Shown: positions 10,848 to 22,225, counted from the first letter of the stretch. The stretch is 64,000 nt of DNA from Acaryochloridaceae cyanobacterium VAR_48_metabat_390 (GCA_031422435.1 JANPLU010000014.1:35929-99928); one strand, 5' to 3'. Program-made: numbers and translations. Notes: a model not told the origin generated them from the sequence alone.

Positions 10848-11843
10848 CTAATTGACAGGGCTAATCCACTGACGAGCATTGGCGCAATCGAGCTGAATTT
10901 GTACCTTGAGGGCATCTAGAGACTCGAACTTTTGCTCGGGACGCAGGAATTGCTCTAGGTGTACCGTTATAGTGTGCCCATAGAGATCCCCTGACCAATC
11001 GAGGAGATGAATTTCAATCGTTTGGGTGGCTCCATCCACGGTCGGTCGCAAACCAATATTCATCACGCCCAATTGAGCTTGGGCAAAAGCAGAACTTTCT
11101 ACCTGCACTTGATAAACCCCACGATGGGGAATAAATTTTTCTGCCGACACGTCAAGGTTAGCGGTTGGAAAGCCTAGGGTTCGTCCCAACTGCTTCCCGT
11201 GAATCACTGTTCCTGTAAGAGTATAGGCTCTGCCTAAAAGCTGCTTTGCCCGCACCACATCTCCGGCCTCTAAAGCCTGTCGTATCGAAGAGCTGCTGAT
11301 ACGGTCACAATCCATGACGGCAGGTTCCACAATCATGACGGGGATATTGTAGTGGGCGGCGATCGCCCTCAAGTCTTCTGCGGTACCCGCGCGGTTGCGA
11401 CCGAAGCAAAAGTTAAACCCAACGCTAATCTTTTGTGCTTTAAGCTGCTGGACTAAAATCCGCTCTACAAATTCTTCAGGCGTGAGATTGGCTAAATCTT
11501 GGTCAAAGGGCAAAAGCACCAACTGCTCAACCCCAAGGGCTTCTAAAAGCGCAACTTTCTCTGGCAATAGCGTCAGTAAAGGCTTAGGCTGACCGCTAAA
11601 GAAAACGTGGGGATGCGGCGTAAACGAAACAACGGTGGTGTAGCAGTGACCGATGGATGCAAGGGTTGCAGTGCTGCTTTGCTTTTCTTCACGATCTGCA
11701 TCAATCTCTAGAACAGCGCCCTGGGCATGGCTCTCAGCTAATGCCTGAATGACGGTGCAGTGCCCCAAATGCACACCATCAAAGTTGCCTAACGCGACCT
11801 GCGTTGGCTGCAAACTCGTTTCTGTAGAGGAAGTTACCCACAC
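10848..11843 (-). CDS. ribF: Bifunctional riboflavin kinase/FAD synthetase
   Basis: Motifs GNFDGVHLGH, ISSSSIR, GRTLGFPTAN and LRPEQKF. Confidence 0.96.
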   Translation of the reverse strand: MWVTSSTETSLQPTQVALGNFDGVHLGHCTVIQALAESHAQGAVLEIDADREEKQSSTATLASIGHCYTTVVSFTPHPHVFFSGQPKPLLTLLPEKVALLEALGVEQLVLLPFDQDLANLTPEEFVERILVQQLKAQKISVGFNFCFGRNRAGTAEDLRAIAAHYNIPVMIVEPAVMDCDRISSSSIRQALEAGDVVRAKQLLGRAYTLTGTVIHGKQLGRTLGFPTANLDVSAEKFIPHRGVYQVQVESSAFAQAQLGVMNIGLRPTVDGATQTIEIHLLDWSGDLYGHTITVHLEQFLRPEQKFESLDALKVQIQLDCANARQWISPVN

Positions 11844-11911
11844 GGTTTACATTTTGACATAATTTAAGGCAACGTCTGACGGGACACAGCGATCTAAATG
11901 GCTAGACGTTG

Positions 11912-12718
11912 CTACTCTATTGACGAATAGGGCGTAAGCCAAGCCTGAATCTGCTCCATTCTACGGTAGTAGGTCAGGTTGTACTGAAGCGGCGTGACAG
12001 AGATGAATCCTTGGGCGATCGCCTGTACGTCCGTCAGCAGACCCTCATCTTGAGGATAAATCACAGGGGCATCTGCATCTTCAAGGACTTCCCCCGCCAG
12101 CCAGTAATAGGTTTTACCGCGCGGGTCTGAGCGTTTTTCAAACAGGTCATGATAGCGTCGCAGACCTTGGCGTGTGGTTTTGACACCATTTATATCGGCA
12201 GCAGGCAGCGCTGGGATGTTGACATTGAGCAGCATTGGCTCTGGGAGCGGCTGGGCGGCAAGCTGCTGCACTAGGTTCACCGCATAATCTGCCGCTGGCT
12301 GAAAATTAGGATGGGTGAAGCTGGTAAGGCTCAGAGCAATGGAGGGGATATCGGCGATCGCCCCTTCCATTGCAGCCGAGACGGTTCCAGAGTAAAGAAC
12401 ATCGGTGCCCAGGTTAGACCCTTGGTTAATGCCCGATAGCAGCAGATCCGGTAGGCTGTCCAACAGAGCATCTAGCGCTAACTTGATACAATCGGCAGGC
12501 AGTCCCGAACAAGCCCAGACTTTAACGGCGGGGTGGAACAGGCCGTCCACTGGCTCTGCTCGTAAAGGCCGATGCATGGTGAGGCCGTGACCCGTTGCGG
12601 AGCGCTCTCGATCTGGGCATACCACCGTAACTTCATGCCCAGCCGCCGCAAGCGCGTTGGCAAGGGCACGAATACCAGGGGCAGATACGCCATCGTCGTT
12701 GCCAACGAGTAGTTTCAT
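11912..12718 (-). CDS. surE: 5'/3'-nucleotidase SurE
   Basis: Motifs [14 protein letters not shown] and [11 protein letters not shown]. Confidence 0.97.
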   Translation of the reverse strand: MKLLVGNDDGVSAPGIRALANALAAAGHEVTVVCPDRERSATGHGLTMHRPLRAEPVDGLFHPAVKVWACSGLPADCIKLALDALLDSLPDLLLSGINQGSNLGTDVLYSGTVSAAMEGAIADIPSIALSLTSFTHPNFQPAADYAVNLVQQLAAQPLPEPMLLNVNIPALPAADINGVKTTRQGLRRYHDLFEKRSDPRGKTYYWLAGEVLEDADAPVIYPQDEGLLTDVQAIAQGFISVTPLQYNLTYYRRMEQIQAWLTPYSSIE

Positions 12719-12878
12719 AAAGCTAAGGGAAGGGCAAACAACAGGGCGTTAGGGAGATGCTCTAGCGTGCTTAAAATTAAACAAAGCTAATGCCTTAGCC
12801 TAGTCCATCCTATCCTAAGTCCCCTATTTTTCTGCTGATTCTATTGACCATCCTCCCCCTCACGTTGCGCGGACTGCT

Positions 12879-14870
12879 ATGGCTGCTGATGTTTTACTCA
12901 TTGTCGATATGGTCACGGTGCTGGGTACCGCAGCGGCGGCGGGCTACCTTGCCAGTCGCCTAGGGCAACCCGTCTTGATGGGGTACTTGCTAGCGGGGCT
13001 AGTGGTAGGGCCATCGGGGCTAAAGCTGATCCCTTCTCCCGAAGAAATTGAGGTGCTGGCGAAGATTGGGGTGGCGCTGCTGCTGTTTGCTTTGGGCGTT
13101 GAATTCTCGATCAAAGATTTACTGAAGGTTCGTCGCATCGCGCTGGGGGGCGGAACGCTCCAGATTTTACTCACCATTCTGTTGGCGGGAGGGTTGGCCT
13201 ATGGCATTGGCGCAGTGGAAACCATCCCCGCCGCAATTTACTTAGGGGCGGCGCTTTCGCTGTCTTCGACGGCGCTGGTGCTCAAAAGCCTGATGGAGCG
13301 CAATGAAGTGCAGACCGCTCATGGGCAGGTGATGCTGGGCATTTTAATTGTGCAGGATATTGGTCTAGGGTTCATGTTGGCGGTACTGCCTGCGTTAACA
13401 GAGCCTGCAGGAACCTTGGCACAAAGTCTGCTGCTGGCGCTGGGCAAAGCGGCGCTGTTTTTTGCAGGGGCGGCGATCGCAGGCATCTATGTCGTCCCGC
13501 CGTTGATGAAGCGAATTGCCCGTACAGGTTCTCAAGAGCTATTTGTGTTGAGCGTAGTAGCGCTGTGCTTAGGTGTGGCGCTGTTGACCAATGTGCTGGG
13601 TCTGGGCATTGAGATGGGAGCCTTTGTGGCGGGGCTAATGATTTCTCAGGTGGAGTATTCTGACCAGGCGCTCCACAGCATTTTGCCCCTGCGAGACGTG
13701 TTTGCCACGCTGTTTTTTGCTTCGATTGGGATGCTAATTGACCCGCTGTTTTTACTCAGCAACGGCGGCACTTTAGTGGCATTAGTGACTGTGGTGATGT
13801 TGGGGAAAGCCATCATTATTACGCCCGTGGTAGCGCTGTTTGGCTACCCGCTTAAAACCGCGCTGACGGTTGGCCTTGGCATTAACCAAATCGGAGAATT
13901 TTCTTTTGTGCTGTCGGGGGTTGCCAGTAAACTAGGGCTATTTTCACCCAAGCTGTACGGCCTCACAGTAGGCACCACTGCTATTACGCTGCTGCTCACG
14001 CCGTTTTTGCTTAAGCTCACGCCCTATCTATTTCAGCGGCTAGAGTCTGTCCCTAAGCTGGGGCGATGGCTACGGGCGGGGCAGTACCCTAAGGCATCTT
14101 TTATCCCAGAGCATCTGACCAATCACTGCATTGTGGCGGGTTACGGGCGCGTAGGAGAAACCTTGGTGCGATTGCTGCGATCGCGGGGCTATCAAATTCT
14201 AGTCATCGACAATGATGAAGCCACGCTGCAAATTCTCCGAGAGCGCAAAATCCCCTATGTTTATGGGGATGCCTCTAGTGAACTGGTGCTGCAAAAGGCA
14301 AAGCTGAACCATGCCCAGGCTTTGGCGATCGCCCTCACTGACCCGATGGCAACCCGTCTTGCCCTTAAGCGCGCCGCCAGTCTTGCCCCAGACCTCGACA
14401 TCACCGTCCGCGCCCATGCCAATCAGGAGATTGACACGCTCTACCAATTGGGCGCAAAAGAAGTGGTGCAGCCAGAATTTGAGGCGGCATTAGAGATGGG
14501 TGCCCATGTGTTGCTGAACCTAGGCGGTGAGGTTTCAGGGATACTCCAGAGCATTCAAAGCTACCGCGCCGATCGCTACCGCGATATTTTGCCCGATCGC
14601 TTTGACAACCTTGCATCTATAAATTTTGGAGAGGCCATTCAGGGACTAGACGGCAACTGGCATACGCTTGCCGATGGGTCGATGCTCGTGGGGCAAACCC
14701 TTGCCCAAGCCAATATTCGTCAGCTTACAGGCGCGACGGTTATGGCGATTCGGCGAGGACGGCAGCTCTTGCGCTACCCTGACCCGCAAACGGTGCTGAC
14801 GGTGGGCGATCGCCTTTTGGTGGTAGGCGATATCCGTGAGCAGAATGCTTTTGAGCGGCTACTTGAATAA
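12879..14870 (+). CDS. CPA2 cation:proton antiporter with TrkA-N/TrkA-C domains (Kef-like)
   Basis: Multi-TM N-terminal domain, IVAGYGRVG RCK-N motif and a C-terminal RCK-C domain. Confidence 0.93.
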   Translation: MAADVLLIVDMVTVLGTAAAAGYLASRLGQPVLMGYLLAGLVVGPSGLKLIPSPEEIEVLAKIGVALLLFALGVEFSIKDLLKVRRIALGGGTLQILLTILLAGGLAYGIGAVETIPAAIYLGAALSLSSTALVLKSLMERNEVQTAHGQVMLGILIVQDIGLGFMLAVLPALTEPAGTLAQSLLLALGKAALFFAGAAIAGIYVVPPLMKRIARTGSQELFVLSVVALCLGVALLTNVLGLGIEMGAFVAGLMISQVEYSDQALHSILPLRDVFATLFFASIGMLIDPLFLLSNGGTLVALVTVVMLGKAIIITPVVALFGYPLKTALTVGLGINQIGEFSFVLSGVASKLGLFSPKLYGLTVGTTAITLLLTPFLLKLTPYLFQRLESVPKLGRWLRAGQYPKASFIPEHLTNHCIVAGYGRVGETLVRLLRSRGYQILVIDNDEATLQILRERKIPYVYGDASSELVLQKAKLNHAQALAIALTDPMATRLALKRAASLAPDLDITVRAHANQEIDTLYQLGAKEVVQPEFEAALEMGAHVLLNLGGEVSGILQSIQSYRADRYRDILPDRFDNLASINFGEAIQGLDGNWHTLADGSMLVGQTLAQANIRQLTGATVMAIRRGRQLLRYPDPQTVLTVGDRLLVVGDIREQNAFERLLE

Positions 14871-14949
14871 CACGCTTCCTGGGAGGGGCAGAAGCGTAAT
14901 TTTTATCTTGGCATCGGCATCCTTTAATTATTAAACAAGAGGTTTAATC

Positions 14950-15237
14950 ATGGCTATTCCAGTACTTACAAGCACAGAACTAGACGCTCAACTTAGGCTT
15001 CTAGCGGGTTGGTCTATTGAAGACGGAAAGCTTCATAAAGAGTTTCAGTTCAAAGACTTTATTACTGCCTTTGGATTTATGGCAAGCATGGCGCTGGTGT
15101 CCGAAGGAGAGGGGCATCATCCAGAATGGCTCAATATTTATCGCAAAGTAACGGTAGATCTAACCACCCATGACGCAGGGGGCATTACCCTCAAAGATAT
15201 TAGCTGGGCTAAAGCTGCCAATGCGCTGGTGCCCTAA
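14950..15237 (+). CDS. phhB: Pterin-4-alpha-carbinolamine dehydratase
   Basis: Motifs HHPEW and LTTHDAGGIT. Confidence 0.93.
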   Translation: MAIPVLTSTELDAQLRLLAGWSIEDGKLHKEFQFKDFITAFGFMASMALVSEGEGHHPEWLNIYRKVTVDLTTHDAGGITLKDISWAKAANALVP

Positions 15238-15304
15238 CGTCCAAACAGCGCTCTTCAACATCAGCCACCGCTGCCTCCCAAAATGATAGAGCGCACTACA
15301 GCAT

Positions 15305-15320
15305 GATGATCCGCATCACA
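15305..15320. promoter_or_regulatory. Possible CRP-family site upstream of the COP23 gene
   Basis: GATGA-N6-TCACA compared with the consensus TGTGA-N6-TCACA; a TGTGA half-site is nearby at about 15337. Confidence 0.3.
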
Positions 15321-15438
15321 CCTTTTCCGCCAAGGATGTGACATTCTGTAGCAGGATTAAAAAATATCGTTTCTTTTCCGGTAACAACGAAATACCGATA
15401 ACTACGAAACAATTAAAAATAGAGATGTATTTTGCCAC

Positions 15439-16044
15439 GTGCATGAGGTCAGTATGAAGTTCCGAAACATTGCCTTTGTCTCTACCCTTTCAATGGCTGT
15501 GGTCGCGGTATTAGTGGGTGAAATCGCCCAGGCTGCCCCTACCCAAAACAGCAACGCTAAGTTTATCTGCGGAACGAGCCAAGGGGTACCTGCCACCGTT
15601 GCGCTGACGTCTCGAGGCTACGTCCCTGTCGTACGGTGGTCTACCAACTACTTTGGTCGCTCAGGCTATTCTGCACAGGCTCGTTGCAAAATGGTGTCTG
15701 CTAAATTTCAGCAGTATTATCAAAACGGAATGCTGAACTATCTCACACCGTCTTACCAAAATCGTCAGCCTGTGATCTGCGTTGCCGCATCTAAAGGAGG
15801 CCCTTGTGCGGGAGTGTTGTTTACCCTTAAGCCTACGGCTAACCCGATGACAACGCTAAAACAGCTTATGCGGGTTCGAACTCAAGCCTCAGGCGCAGTT
15901 CTAAACGAAAGCACTGCAAGTCCAATCCCAGTGAGCGCCTCAGATGAACGCTATCTAGATATGCAGGAATTTCTCCAGACAGCGGCAGTAGAGCCAGTCT
16001 CTGCTGGGCAAAACATCACATCACCTACAAAGGGGCTGTGGTAA
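15439..16044 (+). CDS. COP23-domain exported protein
   Basis: Signal peptide, FICG...PATV, W...YFGRSGYSAQARCKMVS and QPVIC...C..VLFTL. The start may be the ATG at 15454. Confidence 0.85.
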   Translation: MHEVSMKFRNIAFVSTLSMAVVAVLVGEIAQAAPTQNSNAKFICGTSQGVPATVALTSRGYVPVVRWSTNYFGRSGYSAQARCKMVSAKFQQYYQNGMLNYLTPSYQNRQPVICVAASKGGPCAGVLFTLKPTANPMTTLKQLMRVRTQASGAVLNESTASPIPVSASDERYLDMQEFLQTAAVEPVSAGQNITSPTKGLW

Positions 16045-16281
16045 CTGACTCAGTGCCTTGCCTAATAGGCTTCTGCAATGTTTAGCGCTCTAGTGAAGAT
16101 GGGGGATGATTCGGATTACCCTAACCGGAGCGCATCAATCTTTGTAGTTTTCTATACTATATTTAAGTAAAGCTAAGATTTGATCAATTGAAGCAAAAGG
16201 CTACTTTAGAAAACCTAGCTTCTAAACATCAATCTAATCGGTTTTGCTAGATACAGCGTTAAAACGAGGCATAAAGACCCT

Positions 16282-18054
16282 GTGATTGAGTCTTCACTCG
16301 GTGCTGAAACATCCCGCAGCAGCACTGTTTTTAAACGGTACGACCCCAAGGCGATCGCCCGATATTACCTTTGGCGTCCTTGGAAGGTTGTGTGGCGATC
16401 GCTCCGAGTTGCGTTCATGTTTGGGTGGTTTATTTGGGGCATCCAGCTCGATAAATCGGTGGGTCAAACAGAGCAAAATATGCCCCTGCGCGCCATGCAG
16501 CTGCGTAAGCTCCTAACGAACCTAGGGCCTACATTTATTAAGATTGGGCAGGCGCTTTCAACCCGACCAGATCTGGTTCGGCAAGACTATTTAGAGCAGC
16601 TCACACTGCTTCAGGATCAGCTTCCTGCCTTTGAAACCCAAGAAGCATTTGCCATTATCGAGCGTGAATTGCAGTGCATTGTTGAAGATGCATTCCAAGA
16701 AATTTCTCCAACGCCAGTGGCCGCCGCCAGTTTAGGTCAAGTATATAAAGGTCGGCTCTATAGCGGTCAAACAGTTGCGATTAAGGTGCAGCGACCTCAC
16801 CTAGAAAAAAAGCTGACCCTTGATCTTTTCATCATTCGCAATGCTGTAAAAGTCATCGGACGTTGGCTACCCATCAACCTCAGCCACGACCTCACCATGA
16901 TTGTGGATGAATTTGGCGTAAAGCTTTTTGAAGAAATTGATTACCACAATGAAGGGCTAAATGCAGAGCGGTTTGCCCGCAATTTCCAAAATTCGACCGA
17001 CGTTAAGGTTCCGGCGATCTACTGGAAGTACAGCAGCAAAAAGGTATTAACCCTAGAGTGGATTGACGGGTTTAAGCTGTCTGCCACCCAGTGCATTTTA
17101 AACGCAAACCTTGAGCCAGACAACCTGATTCGGATTGGAGTTGAGTCAGGGCTACGGCAGCTTTTGGAGTTTGGGTTTTTTCACGCCGATCCTCATCCCG
17201 GCAATTTATTTGTCATGCCCGATGGTCGCATGGCCTACATTGACTTTGGCATGATGGATCAGCTCACTCAAGAGACCAAAGAAGCGCTGGTAGACGCACT
17301 GGTTCACCTGATCAATAAAGATTATGCACGCTTGGCGCAAGACTTTATTCATCTTGGTTTTCTAACGCCAGACATCGACGTTACGCCCATTATCCCAGCA
17401 CTAGAGTGCGTCTTTGCCGATCTGGTTGGCTCCAGCGTTGGTGAATTCAACTTTAAGACTGCCACAGATCGGTTTTCCGACCTGATGTTCCAGTATCCGT
17501 TTCGGATTCCGGCAAAGTTTGCCCTTATCATTCGTTCGCTGGTAACCCAAGAAGGAGTGGCGCTTTGTCTTAACCCAGACTTCAAAATTGTTGAGATTAG
17601 CTACCCGTATATTGCCAAACGCCTGCTGACCGAAGAATCTCCTGCTTTTCGCCGTCGTCTGATTGAAGTGCTGTTCAAGGATGGCAAGTTTCAGTGGGAG
17701 CGCCTCGAAAACATGATTGAGATCGCCCGTTCTGACCAGTCCTTTGACTTGGTGCCCACCGCACAAATGGGTTTGCAATACCTATTTTCCGAAGAAAGTC
17801 AGTTTCTGCGGCGGCAAATTATTCTGGCGCTCACAGAAGATGATCGGCTCCACACCGCAGAAGTACAGCGACTCTGGGCGCTCATCCAGCCCGATCTGCA
17901 CCCCAGCAAACTGGTCAATGCCGCCTTTGGTGCACTGGCAGATTTCTCAGGAGAGCTAGTCGCCAACCTAACGCCTTGGGCTGTGCCTTCCTCCACTGCA
18001 GCAAAACCACTAGAACCTCGTGAGCCACAACTCACGGGCCGCAAGCGAGGCTAA
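16282..18054 (+). CDS. ABC1/AarF/UbiB family atypical kinase
   Basis: Motifs LGPTFIKIGQ, AAASLGQVY, HADPHPGN and DFGMM. Confidence 0.95.
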   Translation: MIESSLGAETSRSSTVFKRYDPKAIARYYLWRPWKVVWRSLRVAFMFGWFIWGIQLDKSVGQTEQNMPLRAMQLRKLLTNLGPTFIKIGQALSTRPDLVRQDYLEQLTLLQDQLPAFETQEAFAIIERELQCIVEDAFQEISPTPVAAASLGQVYKGRLYSGQTVAIKVQRPHLEKKLTLDLFIIRNAVKVIGRWLPINLSHDLTMIVDEFGVKLFEEIDYHNEGLNAERFARNFQNSTDVKVPAIYWKYSSKKVLTLEWIDGFKLSATQCILNANLEPDNLIRIGVESGLRQLLEFGFFHADPHPGNLFVMPDGRMAYIDFGMMDQLTQETKEALVDALVHLINKDYARLAQDFIHLGFLTPDIDVTPIIPALECVFADLVGSSVGEFNFKTATDRFSDLMFQYPFRIPAKFALIIRSLVTQEGVALCLNPDFKIVEISYPYIAKRLLTEESPAFRRRLIEVLFKDGKFQWERLENMIEIARSDQSFDLVPTAQMGLQYLFSEESQFLRRQIILALTEDDRLHTAEVQRLWALIQPDLHPSKLVNAAFGALADFSGELVANLTPWAVPSSTAAKPLEPREPQLTGRKRG

Positions 18055-18134
18055 CCCATCGCTTGTAACGTTTCATGAAGTGGTAGGATGCAGGAATACT
18101 TAAATTCAAGTGCTTCGAGGGAACGCTCCATCTT

Positions 18135-18500
18135 ATGTATTACGATCCCCCCTACTTTTTACTCATTGCAGGCTTATTTGCGGGCCTTACCTGTGGTCGT
18201 GCCTTTGAAGTCACGCTAAGACAGGCTGTCAAAACATGGTCCGAAACCCGTTCCACCCGAATCTTGCAGCAGCTCCAAGGGTTTTCATTATCTGTCCCGT
18301 TCTTGGGCATTTGTGGGGGGATTTGCGTCTTTTTGGCTTCTGGACTTAATATTTTTGGCCTGCCGCTTCAGTTTAGCTACATCACTTCTAGTGTGCTGAC
18401 CGTTATGACAGGCGTACTCGTCTGGTCTCAGCTGCGTAACCTGCTCCTGCTGCTCCAGTCAGGTGGGTCACGCGCCATTGACCTAGACGCACTGGAGTAG
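18135..18500 (+). CDS. Small membrane protein of unknown function
   Basis: Three hydrophobic segments and a C-terminal GGSRAIDLD, resembling a conserved cyanobacterial family. Confidence 0.75.
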   Translation: MYYDPPYFLLIAGLFAGLTCGRAFEVTLRQAVKTWSETRSTRILQQLQGFSLSVPFLGICGGICVFLASGLNIFGLPLQFSYITSSVLTVMTGVLVWSQLRNLLLLLQSGGSRAIDLDALE

Positions 18501-18682
18501 AAATCTTAGCAATTAAAATCGTGGCTACAAAACGATGTCTGCCTAAAGCTACAAGCTGCTACGCAAGCACGAGCTTAGGAAGGGTGTAAAGGTGTGGATT
18601 TGGTCTGCTTTTGCAGACTTTGCTCCTGTAGCCCCGAATTGATTAGGAGGGTTTCAAGGATTCATGCAAGAGGTTTATGCTG

Positions 18683-19030
18683 TTAATCCCAGCCTTCGAT
18701 CTGATTTACTGAAGTAGAACTCTGAATCTCACCACTTAAAAGCTCCCTAAGCTGCATTCTTGGAATGTAAGGCCATCCGCCTTCGGCCTCTATTTCTCGA
18801 AGCATGGCGTATAGCTCATGGCGATGAATCGGAAGTGCAGACTGAAAGTGAAGCTCTCGAACCTCCTGGTGCAGATTCTCTAAAAAGCGTAGGATTTTGA
18901 GCAAGGATACGGGGTCTGTTTGAGATCGATCTACAAGCTGATGCAGATGAGCTGTGATCGCACGAAAGTCTTCTTGAAATAGATGATCTTCTTCTTCAGG
19001 CATCTGCACTAAAATTTCTTCAAAACACAA
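18683..19030 (-). CDS. Conserved hypothetical protein
   Basis: LLKILRFLENLH...LP..RH.LY..LREIEAEGGWPYIPRM pattern. The start is uncertain. Confidence 0.7.
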   Translation of the reverse strand: MCFEEILVQMPEEEDHLFQEDFRAITAHLHQLVDRSQTDPVSLLKILRFLENLHQEVRELHFQSALPIHRHELYAMLREIEAEGGWPYIPRMQLRELLSGEIQSSTSVNQIEGWD

Positions 19031-19050
19031 TCAAGCATAGCTTAAACCCT

Positions 19051-19758
19051 GTGGCAACAACCTGTTTAATCAGCGGCACCGATACGGGTGTGGGCAAAAC
19101 CATCGTCACGTCTGCGCTGGCAGCGTACCTCAGTACTTTTTATCCTCAGCAGAAAGTCGCTATTTTTAAGCCCATTCAGTCTGGGGTGGGTGATCGCGAG
19201 CATTACGCCAAGCAGTTTAACCTGTCTCAAACGCTAGCGCAAATCACGCCGCTCTATTTTGATGCACCTTTAGCACCCCCTCTAGCCGCTGCTGCTGAGG
19301 GCAAAACCATTGACCTGGGGTTAGCTTGGCAAACCTTTCAAACCCTTCAGCAAAGCCATGACTGGGTGTTGGTAGAGGGTGTCGGCGGCCTAGGTTCCCC
19401 TATCACCGCTGAGCTGACTGTCGCAGATTTAGCCTATGACTGGAAATTGCCGACGATTTTAGTAGTTCCGGTTCGATTGGGTGCGATTGGACAGGCGATC
19501 GCTCAGGTCGCCCTTGCCAAGCAGTCTCGCGTTAACATTCGGGGCTTGATTTTAAGCTGTCCCGAGCCATGCTCAACGCAAGACATTGAGAATTGGGCAT
19601 CTATTGATCTACTAGAATCATTCACCCGCTGCCCCGTGCTGGGGATTTTGCCTTACCAAAACGATTGTTCGCTACAGAACCTTAGCCTAGCTGCCGCAAA
19701 GTGGGATATTGAAACACTGCTTCCCCATGCTGCCGCTCATCGACTCAAAACAGGCTGA
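19051..19758 (+). CDS. bioD: Dethiobiotin synthase
   Basis: Motifs GTDTGVGKT, KPIQSG and VEGVGG. Confidence 0.95.
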   Translation: MATTCLISGTDTGVGKTIVTSALAAYLSTFYPQQKVAIFKPIQSGVGDREHYAKQFNLSQTLAQITPLYFDAPLAPPLAAAAEGKTIDLGLAWQTFQTLQQSHDWVLVEGVGGLGSPITAELTVADLAYDWKLPTILVVPVRLGAIGQAIAQVALAKQSRVNIRGLILSCPEPCSTQDIENWASIDLLESFTRCPVLGILPYQNDCSLQNLSLAAAKWDIETLLPHAAAHRLKTG

Positions 19759-20330
19759 AACAGTCTCTGAATATAAAGCTTCAGCATTAGGTAAAGCGGG
19801 ATTTGATAATATTCCAAGCTAAACCACGCCACAATAGAGCTGTGAGATAAAAACGTCAGCCCAGTCCACAGCAACGGAAATGATGTGCCGCCGCCATCTG
19901 GGTTGGGCAACGGCGGAAAAGTATGGTTAGCAAGCCAAACCAGTGCTGTGGGCACCAGCACAAACGCAAGGCTAAACCCCCAAAGCAGCAGCAGCGACTC
20001 ATCCGTAACCACGCTTCGAGCCGAAACCCAGCGATCGCCCGTCCATCGCCATTGAAGTGGCTGAGCTGTATCTTCAAGTCGCAGGTATTGGTGGGGCATA
20101 TTTATCGTAAAGATATGACGACAAAACCCACAGGAAAAAGCGTCTACCAAAAACAGCCCCTCGATTTGACCATAACGACAAACCGGACAGGGATAGCGAT
20201 GGTCAAAATCTAACGACTGCTTCACAATCGGCAAGTCGGGTTGCTCTGACGCTTTAGCATTAGTCATAGACCTTCGCCATAAATTGGAGTCCATAGCGTT
20301 TGAACGCTTGCTGTACCTTTGGGTCAGCAA
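19737..20330 (-). CDS. Hypothetical zinc-ribbon plus two-TM membrane protein
   Basis: CPVC...CGFC followed by two hydrophobic helices. The true start is probably downstream of 20330. Confidence 0.7.
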   Translation of the reverse strand: MLTQRYSKRSNAMDSNLWRRSMTNAKASEQPDLPIVKQSLDFDHRYPCPVCRYGQIEGLFLVDAFSCGFCRHIFTINMPHQYLRLEDTAQPLQWRWTGDRWVSARSVVTDESLLLLWGFSLAFVLVPTALVWLANHTFPPLPNPDGGGTSFPLLWTGLTFLSHSSIVAWFSLEYYQIPLYLMLKLYIQRLFQPVLSR

Positions 20331-20552
20331 TAAAAACGGTAGAAGGAGCAGCAGCAGCTCTATCAGCAGCTTAACAAGCTTTTCTTCTACCGTGCCTCCA
20401 TCATTCTGAGATTGAAGACCTTCGCAATAAACTTTGTTTAAGTTCTGTTTTTATGAGGGTTGTTTTAAAAAACGCCTGAGGCAGATGACTTTGATGGAAG
20501 ACTTGAAGAACCCAGAGAATAGGGCTTTTAGCTAAACTTGACGGAAGATAAC

Positions 20553-20774
20553 CTACAGCGCAAGCTCAGAATCGTTGCTAGAGTCACTAATGGTTAAGGT
20601 TTTTAGCTCCGTCAGCAGCGCTTCGACCTGCGCTCTTAAGTGCAGAAACTCTTCTTGGTGACTGGCTTGGTACTGTTGCTGAATGGTTCGCACTGTGCGC
20701 TCATCTACGATCTGACCTTCAGAAGAAGCCAGAGTTGCGTCACTGGGCATTTTAATAGGGTTAATAACAGGCAT
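20553..20774 (-). CDS. Small hypothetical protein
   Basis: 73-aa ATG ORF in an otherwise empty intergenic region, with a helical YQASHQEEFLHLRAQVEALL segment. Confidence 0.55.
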   Translation of the reverse strand: MPVINPIKMPSDATLASSEGQIVDERTVRTIQQQYQASHQEEFLHLRAQVEALLTELKTLTISDSSNDSELAL

Positions 20775-21008
20775 TTTGATTAGTTATTTATACTTATTTG
20801 CATGCACAAAAAAGCATTGTAGCGCCAACCTGTCCTCATGATCGCAACCTATGTGACAAATTACAAAGGGACTGTTGCCGATGCTGCCCTTTTAGGCAGG
20901 GTTCCCTTTAGTCTAGCCCCGCGCCGCCGCTACCCTATGGGTTTTCGTTTGGGTAGAGTCTAAGCAGGGTACACTGAAGGGAATAATCCATTCAATTTTG
21001 CATAGACT

Positions 21009-22100
21009 GTGACTTCCAGCCTACGTTCAACCGCCGCTCCAGTTCAGTATTGGCCGGGACTGATTGAAGCTTATCGACGTTACCTGCCCGTTTCTGACAG
21101 TACGCCCATTGTCACACTCCATGAAGGCAACACGCCGCTGATTCCGGCTCCGGCGATCGCCAGCCGTATTGGTCGTGAGGTCAAGGTCTACCTTAAATAT
21201 GACGGACTCAACCCGACGGGCAGCTTTAAAGACCGAGGCATGACCCTCGCCGTCACCAAAGCCAAAGAAGAAGGTTCCAAAGCCGTTATTTGCGCCAGCA
21301 CAGGCAACACCTCTGCCGCCGCTGCTGCCTATGCCCTTCGGGGTGGGCTTAAAGCCTTTGTTATTATTCCAGATGGCTATGTGGCGCAGGGTAAGCTCGC
21401 TCAGGCTTTACTCTACGGCGCTGAAGTGATTTCCATTCAGGGCAACTTTGACAGTGCCCTCAGAATTGTGCGGGAAATGGCGGAAACCCATCCTGTTACG
21501 CTGGTTAATTCTGTCAATCCCTATCGACTAGAAGGCCAAAAGACAGCCGCATTTGAAGTGGTAGACGCGCTGGGTGATGCCCCCGACTGGCTGTGCATCC
21601 CTGTGGGCAATGCAGGCAACATTACCGCGTATTGGATGGGTTTTTGTCAGTATCACCAAGAGCAACGATGCCAGCGGCTCCCCCACATGATGGGTTTCCA
21701 GGCGGCAGGTTCGGCTCCTATGGTTTTGGGACATCCTGTTGAGCATCCCGACACCTTGGCAACTGCCATTCGTATCGGCAACCCTGCCAATCAAGAAAAG
21801 GCGATCGCCGTTCAGCACGCCAGCCAAGGTGCCTTTAATGCCGTCACGGATGACGAAATTCTAGATGCCTACAGAATTCTGGCCGCAGAAGAAGGTATCT
21901 TTTGTGAGCCTGCCAGCGCGGCCTCTGTAGCGGGGCTGCTAAAGCTCAAAGATCGGGTACCCGCTGGCGGAACCGTTGTTTGCGTCTTGACGGGCAATGG
22001 TCTAAAAGATCCTGACATAGCACTGAGTCAGAAATCAGAGCGGTATTACCGAGGTGTCACCCCAACCTTAGACTCTGTTGCCGCCGCCATGGGGTTTTGA
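21009..22100 (+). CDS. thrC: Threonine synthase
   Basis: Motifs [24 protein letters not shown] and LTGNGLKD. Confidence 0.97.
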   Translation: MTSSLRSTAAPVQYWPGLIEAYRRYLPVSDSTPIVTLHEGNTPLIPAPAIASRIGREVKVYLKYDGLNPTGSFKDRGMTLAVTKAKEEGSKAVICASTGNTSAAAAAYALRGGLKAFVIIPDGYVAQGKLAQALLYGAEVISIQGNFDSALRIVREMAETHPVTLVNSVNPYRLEGQKTAAFEVVDALGDAPDWLCIPVGNAGNITAYWMGFCQYHQEQRCQRLPHMMGFQAAGSAPMVLGHPVEHPDTLATAIRIGNPANQEKAIAVQHASQGAFNAVTDDEILDAYRILAAEEGIFCEPASAASVAGLLKLKDRVPAGGTVVCVLTGNGLKDPDIALSQKSERYYRGVTPTLDSVAAAMGF

Positions 22101-22225
22101 GCGTTGCGTTTGCCGCAAGAAGCAAATTCTACCAAAGGAACTTGAGCGATTAAAATCTCAGAAATTCAGGAGTGCCTTCACTCTGTGAATTCAGATATTG
22201 CCAATCACTCACCTTCCTAAAAATA

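Noticed and set aside
11845..11862. TTTACATTTTGACATA as an HLR1 site upstream of ribF
   Set aside because: The spacing and second half-site deviate from the consensus.
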